From Camelus dromedarius (lineage: Eukaryota), in assembly GCF_036321535.1 (NCBI RefSeq), contig NC_087436.1:118360001-118424000 (forward strand): 64,000 nt of DNA. Reading direction: 5' to 3'. Made by a program: the position numbers and the translations under genes. Below the pieces are notes generated by a model. That model made no database searches. It had not been told where the DNA came from and worked only from the letters and a program-made list of their open reading frames with translations. Numbering within the stretch: position 1 is the stretch's first letter; each line of letters starts with the position of its first letter. Positions 50,014 to 62,538 of this stretch are shown here, piece by piece.

Positions 50014-52886
50014 TTCAGCTGCATCGTTGCTGATCCTGCCAAGTCATAGATGAGGACGTTGACGAACGCCCCCCTCTTCCTCCGAGGCAAGGCCCACAGC
50101 CCCTCTACGGGGAGACTGGCCGCAGGCTCACTTTCCTGCCTCTCGGGACCTAGTTCCAGCCGAGGACATGTAAGGGGAAGCCCGCTGGGACTTCTGGACA
50201 GAACATCCTCCCAGACCCAGGAGCCAGCGTTTCAGGGGGAGGCCTTCGCCTTCCTTCCTGCTTGGGGCCATGTGTGTCTGTTCGCTGATCACCAGCATGT
50301 CTTCCGGAGACAAGCAGAGATCCATTTGGTTATTCCGGTAATGTTCCGTCAGCTCTGGCTGCATAAAATATGCTTTGTGGATGCTTTAAAATTCAGAAAC
50401 AGCCGCAGGACACTATTGTGGGAGGGCCGTGCCAGGCCTACCAGGCCCACCGGGCCCGGATCTCAGTGTGAGTGGGTGGGACTGCGGCTCAGCTAGGAAG
50501 TTTCATGGAAACAGAGTAAGACCATCAGGGCTGAAGCGGGCCCCCAACCAGAAGGCCCCTGGCCTACGTCTTGGGTTCCATGGGACCCATCAGTTTTCCT
50601 GAGGCTTTGATCCTTCCGATCCTGTCCAGCAGGACTATGCGTCATCACAAGTGGAGGCCTAACCGTCCTCCAGCAAGGACAGTAAAGTGGCCATGGCTGT
50701 CCTGAAACAGCTTCAGGAAGCTGCAGCTGCTCCTCTGTGCCTTCTCTGGCGGAGAACCTCTGCCCCACGTGTTTGCCGTTTACATGGAATCCGGGTGAGA
50801 GCAACTCCGAAATGAACCTCAGCCTCTGGTCTTGCCCACCTTCAAATCGGGCCAACCCCGGGTGGTCTGGCCTTCACCCTCCACTAGGTAGGCGATACGG
50901 GATAGCACAGGCGGGTCAAGATGACGTAGAAATACAGGACACGGGGTCTCTGCCCGGAAGGAATTTAAAACCCAGGCAGGAGTTTAGGGAAGAAGTCTCA
51001 AAGACACACTTTCCCTGACAAAATACACATCCTTATTAATTCTTACTTTCTGGGACCAGATTTACAGCAACTCCATCTTGCTTGCAATCAGGAAGCTTAT
51101 AAAAATATGTCTCAAAATGACTGTGCAAAGTCATTTCTACCTAATGCCTCAAAATAAAGGCTGCAACCTTTTCGAGTCTTAAATAAGCAACGTGTATCAG
51201 CAGACTCACGTCTTGTGTATTGCTAGTTGACCCTCTATAACCGTTCGGAAAATCAAGTTTTCTGATAGCAAGCTGAGATTTCTCTTTTCCTCTCTGGCCA
51301 CTAAATCAGGGTTGGCTTTAGTAATACTCCCTGCAAAATGGAACCAAATAAAGGGGAGGAAGATGGCCATCTGGGAATGGAAACGTCAGGTCAAATTCAT
51401 TTGGAAGAGTCCAAAGCCGGCTGGAGTGAGTAAAGACACTTTGTTGGAACAGAGGTTGAGCTGAGTAATTACTGCTGAGAACAATTCACGGCAATAAGAA
51501 GTGGCAGTTAAGGATCTGATGTTCATGGGCATGGAGAAGACAGCATCTTGTTTGCTCAAAGAAACAAACACAGAGTTTGGGAAATAAACGAGAACAGAAC
51601 CATAAAAAAAGAGAGATGAGGAAGAGGAGAGAGATTATAGTCTAAATCGAGACAATCTCGCACTCTGCTAACACCTGGGACTTACCCTCCCGTTAGAAAG
51701 GTCGGTCCCCAGGGAAGAGCATTTGCAGGAGGAGGCGCTGCATTGCTGAGGCCAGGAAGACCCTGTTCCCACCGGATGTAACTGCCACCAAGAAAGGATG
51801 GGCAGAATGATGTCTGGTGTCTCTGACAGGGTTCAGATGGAGAGGACCACCGATGTCCAGCCAGCAGGATGCGGGGTCAAGAAAGGATGGGGACAGACAG
51901 ACTGAGCAGATACACCGACAAGGACTCATTCTCCTTCCCTCTGCCCCACCCTTGACCCACAACATCGCCTTCACGATCCTATGTCGGTGCAACCATTTCC
52001 AGTAAAAAGGCTACAGATTCAGAATTTAAATTGTGACCAAGATCCAAATGAAACTGTGGAGTGTCCATACCAAGGAAAGAAGAGAAAAAGGGCTTTGGCT
52101 TTGTTTCTTTGCTTGAATAAGGTTTTCTGGGTTCGTTTGTTTGTTGACAGGATAGCATCTTTAAGGGATATCGATTGGCAGGTTTGCTGGTTAAAGGGAA
52201 GAGAGGCTCGAGGTTACTGCCAAATGGGCACAATTATGTCCTTAAATGCAAACAGTTTCTACCACTCGAAACAAACAGACAAGGTAGATGGTGTTTCTCT
52301 CCACCGTCAGCTGTTGGTGGGGTTTTTTAATTTTGTTCTTTTTCCGATGAGACTGGTCTCCCAGTGTCCCACCCAGGCAAGGACCTTCAAGCTTCCCCAC
52401 CGTCTAGTCTTGCCGCCCCTCAGCAAAGCACCAGTGGGCAGAGTCCTCTCATCTCTGGCTCCCAGTGCCAGGTCAGCAGCTGGCACCCAAAACGCACCTC
52501 CTGCAGAGCTTGGCAAGGATCCTGGTCCTCCACGCAGTTACCTGGCTAATCGCTTGTGCTTCGCTTCTCACAATCATCTATTTCTGGGGTGTTTTCCTCC
52601 TGATATTCTGAGTTCTTCCAGCACAAGAATGATGGAGGTGACGATGGCAGCTACCACCTATCACCCCCTTATTGCAGACCAAGGGTTATGTTAGAAGATT
52701 TAAATACGCAGTTCCTCATCAATGCTGTGACGCTGGCATTTTGCTAGACATGGGTGATGCCCTAACCTAGAGGCACTTCCTCGCCTCTTGCCAGCTCAGC
52801 TTTCGTTTACAGGGGTTGTCTCCAACAACGGCGGGGATAGAAACACCTGTCGCAGACCCATAGAGAGAATCCTGATTGGTCTGAGG

Positions 52887-53098
52887 CAGGAACTAGCAAT
52901 CTGTGACCTGTAGACCAAGTCTGGCCCTGCTGCCTGTTTTTGTCAATAAAGATTTATTGGAACAAAGTGATGCTCATCTGTGACCGTCTGTGGCTGCTTT
53001 CCTGCTGCAACAGCAAAGCCAAATAGTAGCAACAGAAGCCATGCAGCCCTCAGAGCCTCCGGTGTTTACCACCTGGCACTTTACAGAAGTGCCCCCTG
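52887..53098 (+). mobile_element. MER58A-like hAT-Charlie MITE
   Basis: CAGG...CCTG ends; CCTGTTTTTGTCAATAAAGATTTATTGGAACA; TGGCTGCTTT; CTGGCACTTTACAGAA. Confidence 0.8.
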
Positions 53099-53199
53099 GG
53101 ATAAGACAATCATGGCCATTTTACTCTCCTTGCTGGTGAACGGTTTAGGCATGGGCTTGTGATGGACACAGTCCTGCCCAGTGGGATCGGAAGGATTAA

Positions 53200-53462
53200 C
53201 GCCTCAGATGTTAAAAAGAGATGATGGGTGTGACATCTGGAGCTGCAGCAGCCATCCTGAAACCCTGAGGGGATGAGCCTAAAGACCAAGGCAGCCCACT
53301 GAGTACAGTGGAGCAAAAAGATGTTGAGAGCTGGATCCTTGGTAGTATCATTGAGTCATGGAATCAAAACTGTAAATGGACCTCCTGACTTCTTATAAAA
53401 TGTTTTCTTCACCTTCTAACAACCCGATAGTATCATGTGCGGCTGAAGCACCCTAAATGACT
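53200..53462 (+). mobile_element. Old MaLR (MLT1J/K-like) LTR fragment
   Basis: CTGGAGCTGCAGCAGCCATCCTG...GGCTGAAGCACCCTAAATGAC. Confidence 0.55.
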
Positions 53463-54484
53463 TAGTACTGGCATCATGTTTTATAGACAGGAAAGATGAG
53501 GCCCAGAGAGACTAAGTAACTTGCCTACACTCAGACACTTGGTGGTGATGCTGGGATTTAAACCCAGGTGTTTCGGTCTACACTGCCCACATTCCATCCC
53601 TCTCTGTAGCCCCATAAGGGCCATGTTTGAGGTTCCTCCTATTTCCAATCTGATGTGCCAGCCCCAAACGGCTGCCAAAGCTTTGCTGGTCTCTATCACA
53701 CAACTAAAGGCCAATTTTGGGCCGCATCGATCTCAGTCTGCACCAACAGCTGGCAAATCTGCAGGGAGTAAAGGACCTTCAAACGTTGGTCCCTCCGGAA
53801 TTGACTTCAACTTGTCCTCATCACTTCCACGGCTCTCCGGTGTCTTTAAAAACATTAGCCATGTTTTTCTAGTTACTAGAGCAAGAGTGTCGGCTGGCTG
53901 TCGCCTACAACATCCTGTTTATAAGTGGGTGTCTTTCCATGGTTCTTGAATTCAATGAGTGAAGGGGCCAGGTGAAGAGAGGGTGCAGTGTGGGGTAAGG
54001 CCACCGTCACGTGCTCCCTGACGCCTGCTGACACGGGGAGGGCCTCGCGTGGCCTGATCACAAGTTCCCCTCCCCACCCTGCTCCCAGAGACGAGGGCTT
54101 CTCATCAAGGAACACCTCCCATCAAGGGGACCAGGTGCCGCCCTGCTTCCCCGAGAGCAGTGGGTTTCGGCTCCCTGCCAGCCTGTACAGTTCTTCAAAC
54201 AAGCCCACTGCATCCTCCCATGGGAACCAGGCACCTCACTCTCTTGTTACTACACAGCCTGCCTCCCACAGGCCCTGGTTGTTTGCAGCCCCCGAGTGGC
54301 CCTGGGGGACATGCCGGGTCCCTCTCCCCGGGGCTGTGAGCATCAGTGAGTAATGAACTGCTGTCAGGCTCACCTGTCCAGCGTCAGGTGGCACGAGGTC
54401 GGCCATCTGCATAAGCAGGGGGCAGAATCCCGCCCCAACCCGGGTGAAGGGGAGTGATGAAATCACACAGACATCCCAACTCAC

Positions 54485-54939
54485 CTAAAGACCAAGCGCT
54501 CCCAGCGTCTCAGCTCCGCCTGCTCCTCCGTGGCGGCCTCCAGAGCGTCGTCCTTCAGTCTCTGCCTCACGCCCTGGACGCCCTCCTGGCCCCGGTCCCG
54601 CTCCTCGCCCTCCAGCTGCTCGGCTCGGGCGGCCAGGTCCCTGCCGTGCTCCTCCAGGATCTGCTGCAGGAAGAGCCAGGGCACGCCGCGCTTGAGCAGC
54701 TCCTGGGTCACGGCCGAGGTCTGCAGGCGCCGCAGCTCCTCCGTGGCCCTCTCGGACAGCGAGAGGCTCAGGGCCCTGAGCTCGTCCAGGGCCGCCTGGT
54801 CCAGGTGCTCCTGCAGCTCCTCCAGGGCGGCGCTGTGCTCGGCCACCAGGCTCCGCCACCGGCCCAGGTACCGGCCGGCATCCTCGGCCGCGCCAAAGGC
54901 TTCGCCGACGGACAGCTGCTCCTTCCGCTGCTCCCGGTG
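54485..54939 (-). CDS. EVC2: EVC2 coding exon (exon 14 equivalent), 455 nt, phase 0-2, CpG-rich
   Basis: CCCGCCAG|CAC...TTTAG|GTGAGT; HREQRKEQLSVGEAF...QELLKRGVPWLFLQQILEEHG...EEQAELRRWERLVF(R). Confidence 0.96.
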
Positions 54940-55149
54940 CTGGCGGGAATCCCAGAAGGGAAAGTTAAAAAGGGGCACAGGACTCGGTGTGTCCTTTCTT
55001 TGGGAAAACACTTTGGGAACTGGTTGCGGGAGCCACAGCATGTGGGTAGTCTTCTCCCCAGTGCTCTCACAGTTAGGAAATGACAGTAGGTAGTGGGAAC
55101 TTCACTTGTTCAGCGTTTATTGAACATGGATTTACTGAGGCAGCAAAGC

Positions 55150-55380
55150 CCGAGAGGCAGACCGGCTGGGTTCTGATCCTGGCTCCTCCCCTTGTGCACT
55201 GAGCAGCGCCAAACAAGTGTCTTGTTCTCTCTGTGCCTCTACTTCCTAATCTGTAAAATGGGCATGATAACAGGATCTACTTCATAGAGCAGTTGTGAGG
55301 ACTCAATGAGTTGCTTAACACACATCTAGCTCTTAGAGAAGGGCCTGGTGCAGGGTTCCCATCAACAAATGTCTGCCAGT
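55150..55380 (+). mobile_element. MIR SINE
   Basis: CTGGGTTCTGATCCTGGCTC...CTCTGTGCCTCTACTTCCTAATCTGTAAAATGGGCATGATAA. Confidence 0.8.
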
Positions 55381-56355
55381 ATTACGACCACGTCCCGGAT
55401 ACATGGCAAATGAAAACCGAGATATTGTAAGGGGAAAACCTCTGAGATCCCTGAGAGACCATTTAAATGAGGAGGTCACAGGACTTTTGAGGAAAAAGAT
55501 CCAAGCGAGACCTGAGGGATGAGGTCATATCTCAATCAGGATAAGACAGGGGGTGGGAGGGAGGCTTTTCCTGGGAGAAAACGCAGTAAGTGTGGAGGCC
55601 CTGTGATAGGAAAAAGCTGACCTGCACAAAGATGTCAGCTCTGTTGTTATTTATAATGATGCACCTGCAGATGGCCCGGTTCCACTTTCTGAGAACACGG
55701 GATGGTCTACCTTCTGTTTACGGGTCCGAGTGAGCAGAGAGTGTCACTTCCTTCATTCTACAAATGCTCATTGAGCTACTATGTGTCCTCAGTGCTGGGG
55801 CTACAACACAGACCTCTGATCGTGCAGGGACTCCCGAACTCTGTGCCCTTCACAGGATTTAACAAAGCCGCTGGAAGAAACAGTATTTACGGAGGACTGC
55901 TGGAATCTCTGCAGCGCATCCATCCTTCCAGACCTAACCTTGAACCAGGCCAGACCATCAGAGAAGAGTGGTCCTGGGGCCCTGCTGTTCTGATCCTTTA
56001 GCTAGTGGACGTGGACGAGATGATGCTGAGATGGGGTGGAGGTTAACGGTCAAGGTGAGAATCATGGCTTTCTAGGGAGCACAACACTTGGTAGTAAGAA
56101 GCAGAGTTTCTATCATTCCAATTCAGTTATTCTGCAGCCTTCCTCCCTGAGTGGCACCAGACCACCACCCAGGTCGTCCCGAGCATCCCACATCTGCTCT
56201 GCATCTGCCCTTGCTCCGTGCTCAGGGCTTGGTCTCTTCAGTTCTGACCTGGCCGAGCACCAGAGCCTCCCATGGGTTTACGCGCTGGGGCTCTCCAGAT
56301 CTATCTGTAGGGCTGCTCACGTGAGCTTCCTGAATCCCAAATCTGATCTTCCTTC

Positions 56356-56819
56356 TGTAACCGAGCAGGACCCTGTGGGGCCTTCCTGGGACAGACCCCT
56401 CTCTGTATCCTCTGCTGCAGCTCCTCTCTGAGGTACCCAGATAATAGTATCTCCTGTGTATTTCCTGAGTTTTGCAGATGCTAAAAACCACCACCAAAGG
56501 AAAGAAATTAACTACTTGATGATCAAGAGCACACGGCCCCCAGACCTTCTGGTGCCCAGGGGTTGACAGTGTTGACCGCCCTGTTCCCTACACATCAGCC
56601 AATCAGAGAATTGTGCATGAGCTGATCACAGATCCTGCGACCCCCTCCCTGACCTGGCCTTTAAATATGCTTTGCTGAAACCCTTCAGGGAGTTTGGGGT
56701 TTTCTTGGTCATAAGCCACCCTGTCCTCCTTGCTCGGCCCTGCAGTAAACCTTCCTCTGCTCCAAACTCCGTTTCGGTTTCTTTGGCCTCAGGGTGCATT
56801 GAACTGGCGTTCAGTAACA
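56356..56819 (+). mobile_element. ERV1-type solo LTR, 464 bp, inserted into a LINE-2 remnant
   Basis: TGTAAC...GTAACA termini; exact 4-bp TSD CTTC (56352-55, 56820-23); AGTAAA 56744-49; flanks rejoin as L2-like AAATCTGATCTTCCTTCTCCCCCTGAAAACCC. Confidence 0.9.
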
Positions 56820-57300
56820 CTTCTCCCCCTGAAAACCCTACGACGTTCCCCACTGTCCTGGGATGCAGGTAAGCCGCCAGCCTTGCACGCTGCCCTCACT
56901 GCTGTGGTGCTGCTCCCAGGGGGTGCCTCCCCCCACCCCTTCCCCCCGGCCCCCCGCACACTCAGCTCCCACGGTCCTGGAGCTCCCAACACAGCGGCAC
57001 ATCCTCGCCCGAGTGCTTCACCGCTCTGTGGATGCCGAATGCTCGCCTGTCCCCCAGGACTCAGGCTCTGCTGCACCTGCCCTGGGCCGCCCTCCCCAGG
57101 AGACGGTGACTTCCTCTCTGCACTACCGCAGTGTGAAGCAGGTGGGTGCCCCTGCAGGGTTGCTGGTTGGTCTCTGCTCCTGGGGGTGGGCAAACAGCTG
57201 AGCAGCTTGTGTCAAGGACAAGGCTTAGGCCCTGAGTCAGACAGGCCTGGGCTCAATCCCAGGCCTGCCATTCACTATTGACCTGGCCCTCAGTACTTAA

Positions 57301-57815
57301 TGCTGGGCTCTGAATGTCTGTGTCCCCCCAACACCCGTGTGCTGAAACCTAACACCCGATGCGATGGTGTCAGGACAGGGAGGCTCTGTGAGGTGCTTAG
57401 GTCACGAGAGTGGAGCCTCCTGAATGGGACTGGTGTCCTGATATAAATTTTAAGATTACTCGTTCAAGTTCTGTGAAAAATGTCCTGGGTAATTCGATAG
57501 GGGTCGCATCAAATCTGTAGATAGATTGCTTTGGGTAGTATGGCCATTTTAACAATATTAATTTTTCCAATCCAAGAGCAAGGATGATGCCCTGATAGAA
57601 AAAGACCCCACACCCACTCGCCAAGCTCTCTCCCCACTTCCAGGCACAGCGAGAAGTCAGGCGTCTGGAACCAGAAGGGGGCCTTCACCAGAACCCAACC
57701 ACGCCGGCACCCTGATCCTGGACTTGCAGCCTCCAGAACTGTGAGATATAAATGTTTGTTCTTTATAAGCCACCCAGTCTGTGGTAATTTGTCTGGCAGC
57801 CCACGCGGACCACAA
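57301..57815 (+). mobile_element. MaLR MLT1A-like LTR split by an L1 fragment
   Basis: CTGAATGTCTGTGTCCCCCC...TGAATGGGAC...CCTGATCCTGGACTTGCAGCCTCCAGAACTGTGAGA...TAAGCCACCCAGTCTGTGGTA. Confidence 0.85.
57444..57584 (-). mobile_element. Internal L1 ORF2 fragment, no poly(A), flanked by a target duplication
   Basis: Translates (one frameshift) to [46 protein letters not shown], an L1 ORF2 segment. Confidence 0.85.
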
Positions 57816-58163
57816 CACATAAGCCCTCCCAGCCTCAGTGTCGTCACTAGGAAAAATAGAGAAAACGGCAGCAGCTACCTTACAGGGTTAATGCCAGGAT
57901 TAAACAAGGTGCCTCATAAACACAGCCAGCACCCTGCCAAGTACATGCTCAGTAAATGCGGTATCACCCACCCCAGTCATTATGCACTCGAGCCTGCACT
58001 CCTTGCCCCTTGCCCTGGCAGACATTACTAATCTACCACAACCCTCAGCTTCACTGAGGCTGGATAGGACCCGGAGAAGCCTTGCCGTGACATTCCAGAA
58101 AGTCACTACCAATCAACTGCAGATGGCACATGGTGATGCCGGCCTGGTGGCCCTTCAGATCCT

Positions 58164-58176
58164 CGCCCTCTGGTGG
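58164..58176 (-). promoter_or_regulatory. Candidate CTCF core motif CCACCAGAGGGCG
   Basis: Close match to consensus CCASYAGRKGGCR; motif only, no binding data. Confidence 0.5.
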
Positions 58177-58257
58177 CAGTGCCTGGCGTGGAACCTGGCC
58201 CTTGCTGGTTATTTTAAATGGTTCTGCAAAGAATAAACAGCATAATTTCTTATATAC

Positions 58258-58417
58258 CTTTTGCAGCATCTCCCGTCTTCTCTTCATTATTAATTTTTGG
58301 TGGAGTTTCTTCTTTTCCTGCTTTAAGTCATTGTCCAACTTCTGTTTGATAGAAAAGACTTCTGTCTGAACCCGCTCCAACAGCACCTCCATCTGATCTT
58401 CATCCAGGTAGCCTGCC
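58258..58417 (-). CDS. EVC2: EVC2 coding exon (exon 13 equivalent), 160 nt, phase 2-0
   Basis: TTTCCATCCAG|G...CAAAAG|GTATAT; (R)AGYLDEDQMEVLLERVQTEVFSIKQKLDNDLKQEKKKLHQKLIMKRRREMLQK. Confidence 0.95.
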
Positions 58418-58806
58418 CTGGATGGAAAGATGCACGTAGTTAATGTGCTGTCCAGACTCACCTGCAGCCTGACGGTACTGTGGTTGAATGTGTGTCTCCA
58501 CATGAGTTGGTCTGAATCAGAGAGATCTTCGTTCTCAGAAGGAGCAGAGGAATGGGAAGCTGCGACATCACTAAAATGCAGGAAGGGTAAGGTCAGCATT
58601 TTTAGAGATGTGCAGAGAAAGCTCAACATAACAAGATGAATCACCCATTAGGGCAGAAACTGGGCAAGAGGGCTGGGAGGAAACAACAGCCCAGGGGACC
58701 ACTGTGGAACAGATACAATCTTCCAAGAAAAGACGGTGGATGAGGAGCTCCTGGCGGCAGGAATGGTACAAGTGAAGTCCAAGAGGTCAATGGAGGGAAA
58801 ACTCGG

Positions 58807-59272
58807 TGTGAGGGTTAGTTCTCTGTATCAACGTGACTGGCCAAGGCTGCCCACATTGAAGATCACCTCTGAGTGTGTCTGCAAAGGTGTTTCCGGGTGA
58901 GAATAGCATTTGAATGGGTGTACTCAGGAAAGCAGATGGTCCTCCCCAAGGCTAGTGGGCATCACTCAGGCTGCCGAGGGCCTGATCCAGGAGGAATGGT
59001 AGAGGATAAGGAATCCGCCTTTTTTTTCCTGCCTCACTGCTGAGTGGGGACATCCCATCTCAACTTCCCATGCTCTACGGCTGGAATTTACATCATTGGC
59101 TCCCCTGATTCTCAGGCCTTTGGACTCGGACTGAATCACATCACTGGCTTCCCCGGGTCTCCAGCTGGCAGGTGGCAGGTCGTGGGACTTCTCAGCCTCC
59201 ACAGTCACGAGAGCCAATTCCTCATACATATCTCATAGGTTCTATTTTTCCAGAAGCTCCTGACTGCTAAAC
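58807..59272 (+). mobile_element. ERVL MLT2-family LTR
   Basis: TGTGAGGGTTAGTTCTCTGTATCAACGTGACTGG...AGCATTTGAAT...GGGACTTCTCAGCCTCCA...GAGCCAATTCCT. Confidence 0.8.
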
Positions 59273-60440
59273 TGTGTTACGACCAGTATTACCACTACCA
59301 TTCCCAGTCTGTCTGCATCCCTGGGCTGGGCTCCCTGCTTGGCACACGGTAGATTCTCTGTGGAAACGCTTCTTGAAGGAATGAAGAGGTGACCGAATGA
59401 ATGGTAGGCATATGTTTGAGAAATGTAGGTCTGTGCCAGCCTTTTCAAATGGGATTTAAAAATCAGAGGTAAAACACATTTCCCTGGTAACTGCTCACAG
59501 CAGTGCAGCTGCTGTCGGCTGTTGTAGTTCAAGGTAAGGAGCTGTTTCTTTCACTCGAGTGAAAATGAATCAGGAATGCCAAGTCAACCACAGTGACAAA
59601 TTCATTAGCATCTCTGGATGGGTAGTGTTCACATAATTTACACCTTACAGAATCCTTATTAAATAGGACAAGAGAGCTGCCAAGCCCTGATACAATTACC
59701 TAGGTAGCAGAACCAAGTCACAAAATCACAGCGCATCCTGAGGAAGCCAACCTTATAGTCATGGCGCTGTTTGTTCTAGAGCTTCCTGTAACCTAAACAG
59801 AAGAAACTGCGTTGTTGACAATTACGCGCCTCAGAGGCCGGCTGAGAAGGATGTGGACAGAGCCGGAGGCTGCAGGGATGAGCGTGCGCACCAGGACCCT
59901 TTACCTGACCGCACGGCACCCCCAGGGCTGCTGAGAAAGAAAAAAACACGCAGACCGCAAGGTCAGCCCCTGTGTATTTATACTTCATTCCAAAGGTGAG
60001 TGTAAGAGCCAGCAGCGAGCTGGAGCTTAAGTGGGCTGCCCCATCACACAGTTCATGTAAGTCTCCACCACTGATTTCTCAATGAAATGCTGGGCATTTC
60101 CTTGAAAATAATTCAGGGCGGGGATGTTCAGCTACTCAAGACTGGCCACAACCTGGTACCTATTAAAGCTGGATGATGAGCACACAGTGGCTCACTGGCC
60201 GGTTGTCTCGACGATGATGTATGTTTTTAAAATCCTAGAATGCAAAGGGTTCTTGCAACTAGAGAATTCTCAAGAAGAAATAAGGAAGGAGCAGCCAGGG
60301 CACTGGGTGAATGAACAGAAGGGGGTGGTCCTGGATGAGGAATGCCAGGGGAAGGCCGTCTGTCTGCATCATCTGCGGGGGGACTTCGGGCTTTGCCACT
60401 CATGTTTCTGCATCATTTGGGGGGGCGGTTCAGGCTTTAC

Positions 60441-60616
60441 CTCTCATGTTTCTGGATGAGGAGGCTCAGCTGAGCAGAAGCAGTGCTGAGCAGGCCTTGC
60501 ACACGGGTCTCTGATGACTGTATGTTCTGGACCAGGTATTCCCTGTGACCAAATCTTTTACTTAGATGATATCTCTTACTGGCCTGGAAAAAGTCCATTA
60601 ACTCTTCTACATTCTC
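60441..60616 (-). CDS. EVC2: EVC2 coding exon (exon 12 equivalent), 176 nt, phase 0-2; not in ORF track
   Basis: TTTTTCGTAACAG|GAG...GAGAG|GTAAAG; hand-translated ENVEELMDFFQASKRYHLSKRFGHREYLVQNIQSSETRVQGLLSTASAQLSLLIQKHE(R). Confidence 0.95.
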
Positions 60617-62538
60617 CTGTTACGAAAAAAAAAAAATCGAGAAAATATTCCTAATTAAACTTAGAGAAAATTCTTCCTAGTCATTTAAAATATTACATTT
60701 CCTTCCCGAAGAGAACACACAGGGAGAAGCACTAGGACGAGCGCCTTAAACGTCCCTGCCCTGAACGAAGGCTTAGAAGAAAATGACACACTAATAAGAA
60801 ATGCAGGCTTTGCAAAGTGCGCTCGAGACCCAGGTGGTAAAGAGTCATCGAGACACCCTCACTGCCCTAGAAACGGAAGGTACGTTTCACTCAGTCAGGT
60901 GTCCTTCACCCACGTGCACACGCACACCTGTGGAGTCCCCAGAACCCATCCCCAGGACACGTGCAGAAGTTCTGGGATGAATCAGCCACCAGTTCTGACC
61001 CACAGAACTCCCACACTCTCGCGGGCCATGGGATGAGCCCAGTCACATCAGAGCATGACGTTCTTACAACCTACAAAACGCACAAAAACCCAACCAAGCA
61101 CAGGAGAACGATCACAGTCTAGCACACACCGGGTGTTTTTCTGGGCCTGGCACTGGACCCAGAGTGTTTCTTGTCTTTCCTAATCTAGGGAGAGGATACT
61201 GTCATTCCCATTTCGCAGATGAGGAAACTGAGTCCACATCACACAGCTGGCAAGTGACTGAGCAGGGATTTGAATTCAGCCGTCTAAGCCCAGGGCCTGT
61301 GCCCTCACTCCATAGCGGACTGCCTCCAAAATCCAGCGGAACCAGCAGTGCAGCCATTAGGCCAGCAGTCATGAGGCCAGCGGTAATTCAAGCACCAGAC
61401 TCGCTGGTATTATCCCACCGACTGGCTCGGCTGGATTTTTCCATCTGGGAACTACCGTCCACGCAATGGGTTACCCGACAGATCAGCACTTGGTTCAACA
61501 AGGAACACACGATGCCATGAGCAGTGTCCTTTTCACAGCAAAGCTATCGTATGTCCAGTTCCAACACCTGAGAATCTGTGCTCTCCGGACAGGGAGAAGT
61601 GGAATGGGCCGGCACACGTGCTGAAGGCCGGCCTCGCTCTGAGGGCCCCTGGCAGCAGGCTCAACGGAGCAGGAACACTGTGGTGAGATGTCTGTCCTCT
61701 GCGGAGCTGGGTCACGGGAGTGGGCTGACCCGAGCCCGTCCCGTGAGCTGGCGTCCCCAAACACTCCAACAGCCCCAGCCGGTGCAGCCTGCACTCTGGG
61801 ACTATCATCGCCGTGGCTGCTCCTTTTTGGTCCCAAGTATTATGAACAACAACACGTGTTCCTTCCAATACTGAGAATCGGCCACTGCCCGTCGTGAGGG
61901 GTTGGTAAAATGACAGCAACATCTGTTACCAACTGAGCGATGCCGCGGAGTCGAATACCTGACCGGGAATGCGACAGAATCATGACCCTCTTTACTCCCC
62001 GGAAGTTTTCGTGGGACAAACCTGGAGCACGACGTAGAGGCTGGCTTGCTCTTTGCACCCAGCGCCTTCAGAGAGTGGCTCTCTCTTCCCAAAAGGCCAC
62101 CTGGTCTCCTGCTGGCGTGGCCCTGCCCCTTCACAGCCCTCACTCACCGGCCTGGGCCAGCAGCGGAAATCTGGTGCATTACTGCACACGAATGATTTCC
62201 CTCTGTGTGTACGCGGGCAGGTCAAATGCCTCAGGAAGGCCGTGTGAGAGATAGTGACCGTCTCACATAAACGATTTTCCCAGTCATCTACGAATGTATT
62301 TGGTCTGAACTAATGACGCTCACACACAAGCTTCCGTGCAAAAGCACACACAAACTCCCCCAAGCACATGGAGACAGAGATCAGACAGCAACACACACGT
62401 GTGCACACACACGTATGCGTATGCACACATACATATTTACATTGTAAACTGCTGTATATATTAAACATATATTGCGCCAAGCACTGGCTTTCCATGAGTT
62501 AGATCATTAAATCTTCACCACGCCTCTTTTACTGTGGG

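Noticed and set aside
51981..52694. 237-aa + strand ORF in intron 14
   Set aside because: No recognisable domain or coding-like composition, and no promoter or splice support; BLASTP or PhyloCSF would settle it.
54454..55093. Antisense ORFs of 209 and 187 aa over exon 14
   Set aside because: Expected from the high GC3 and stop-poor reverse frames of a real coding exon.
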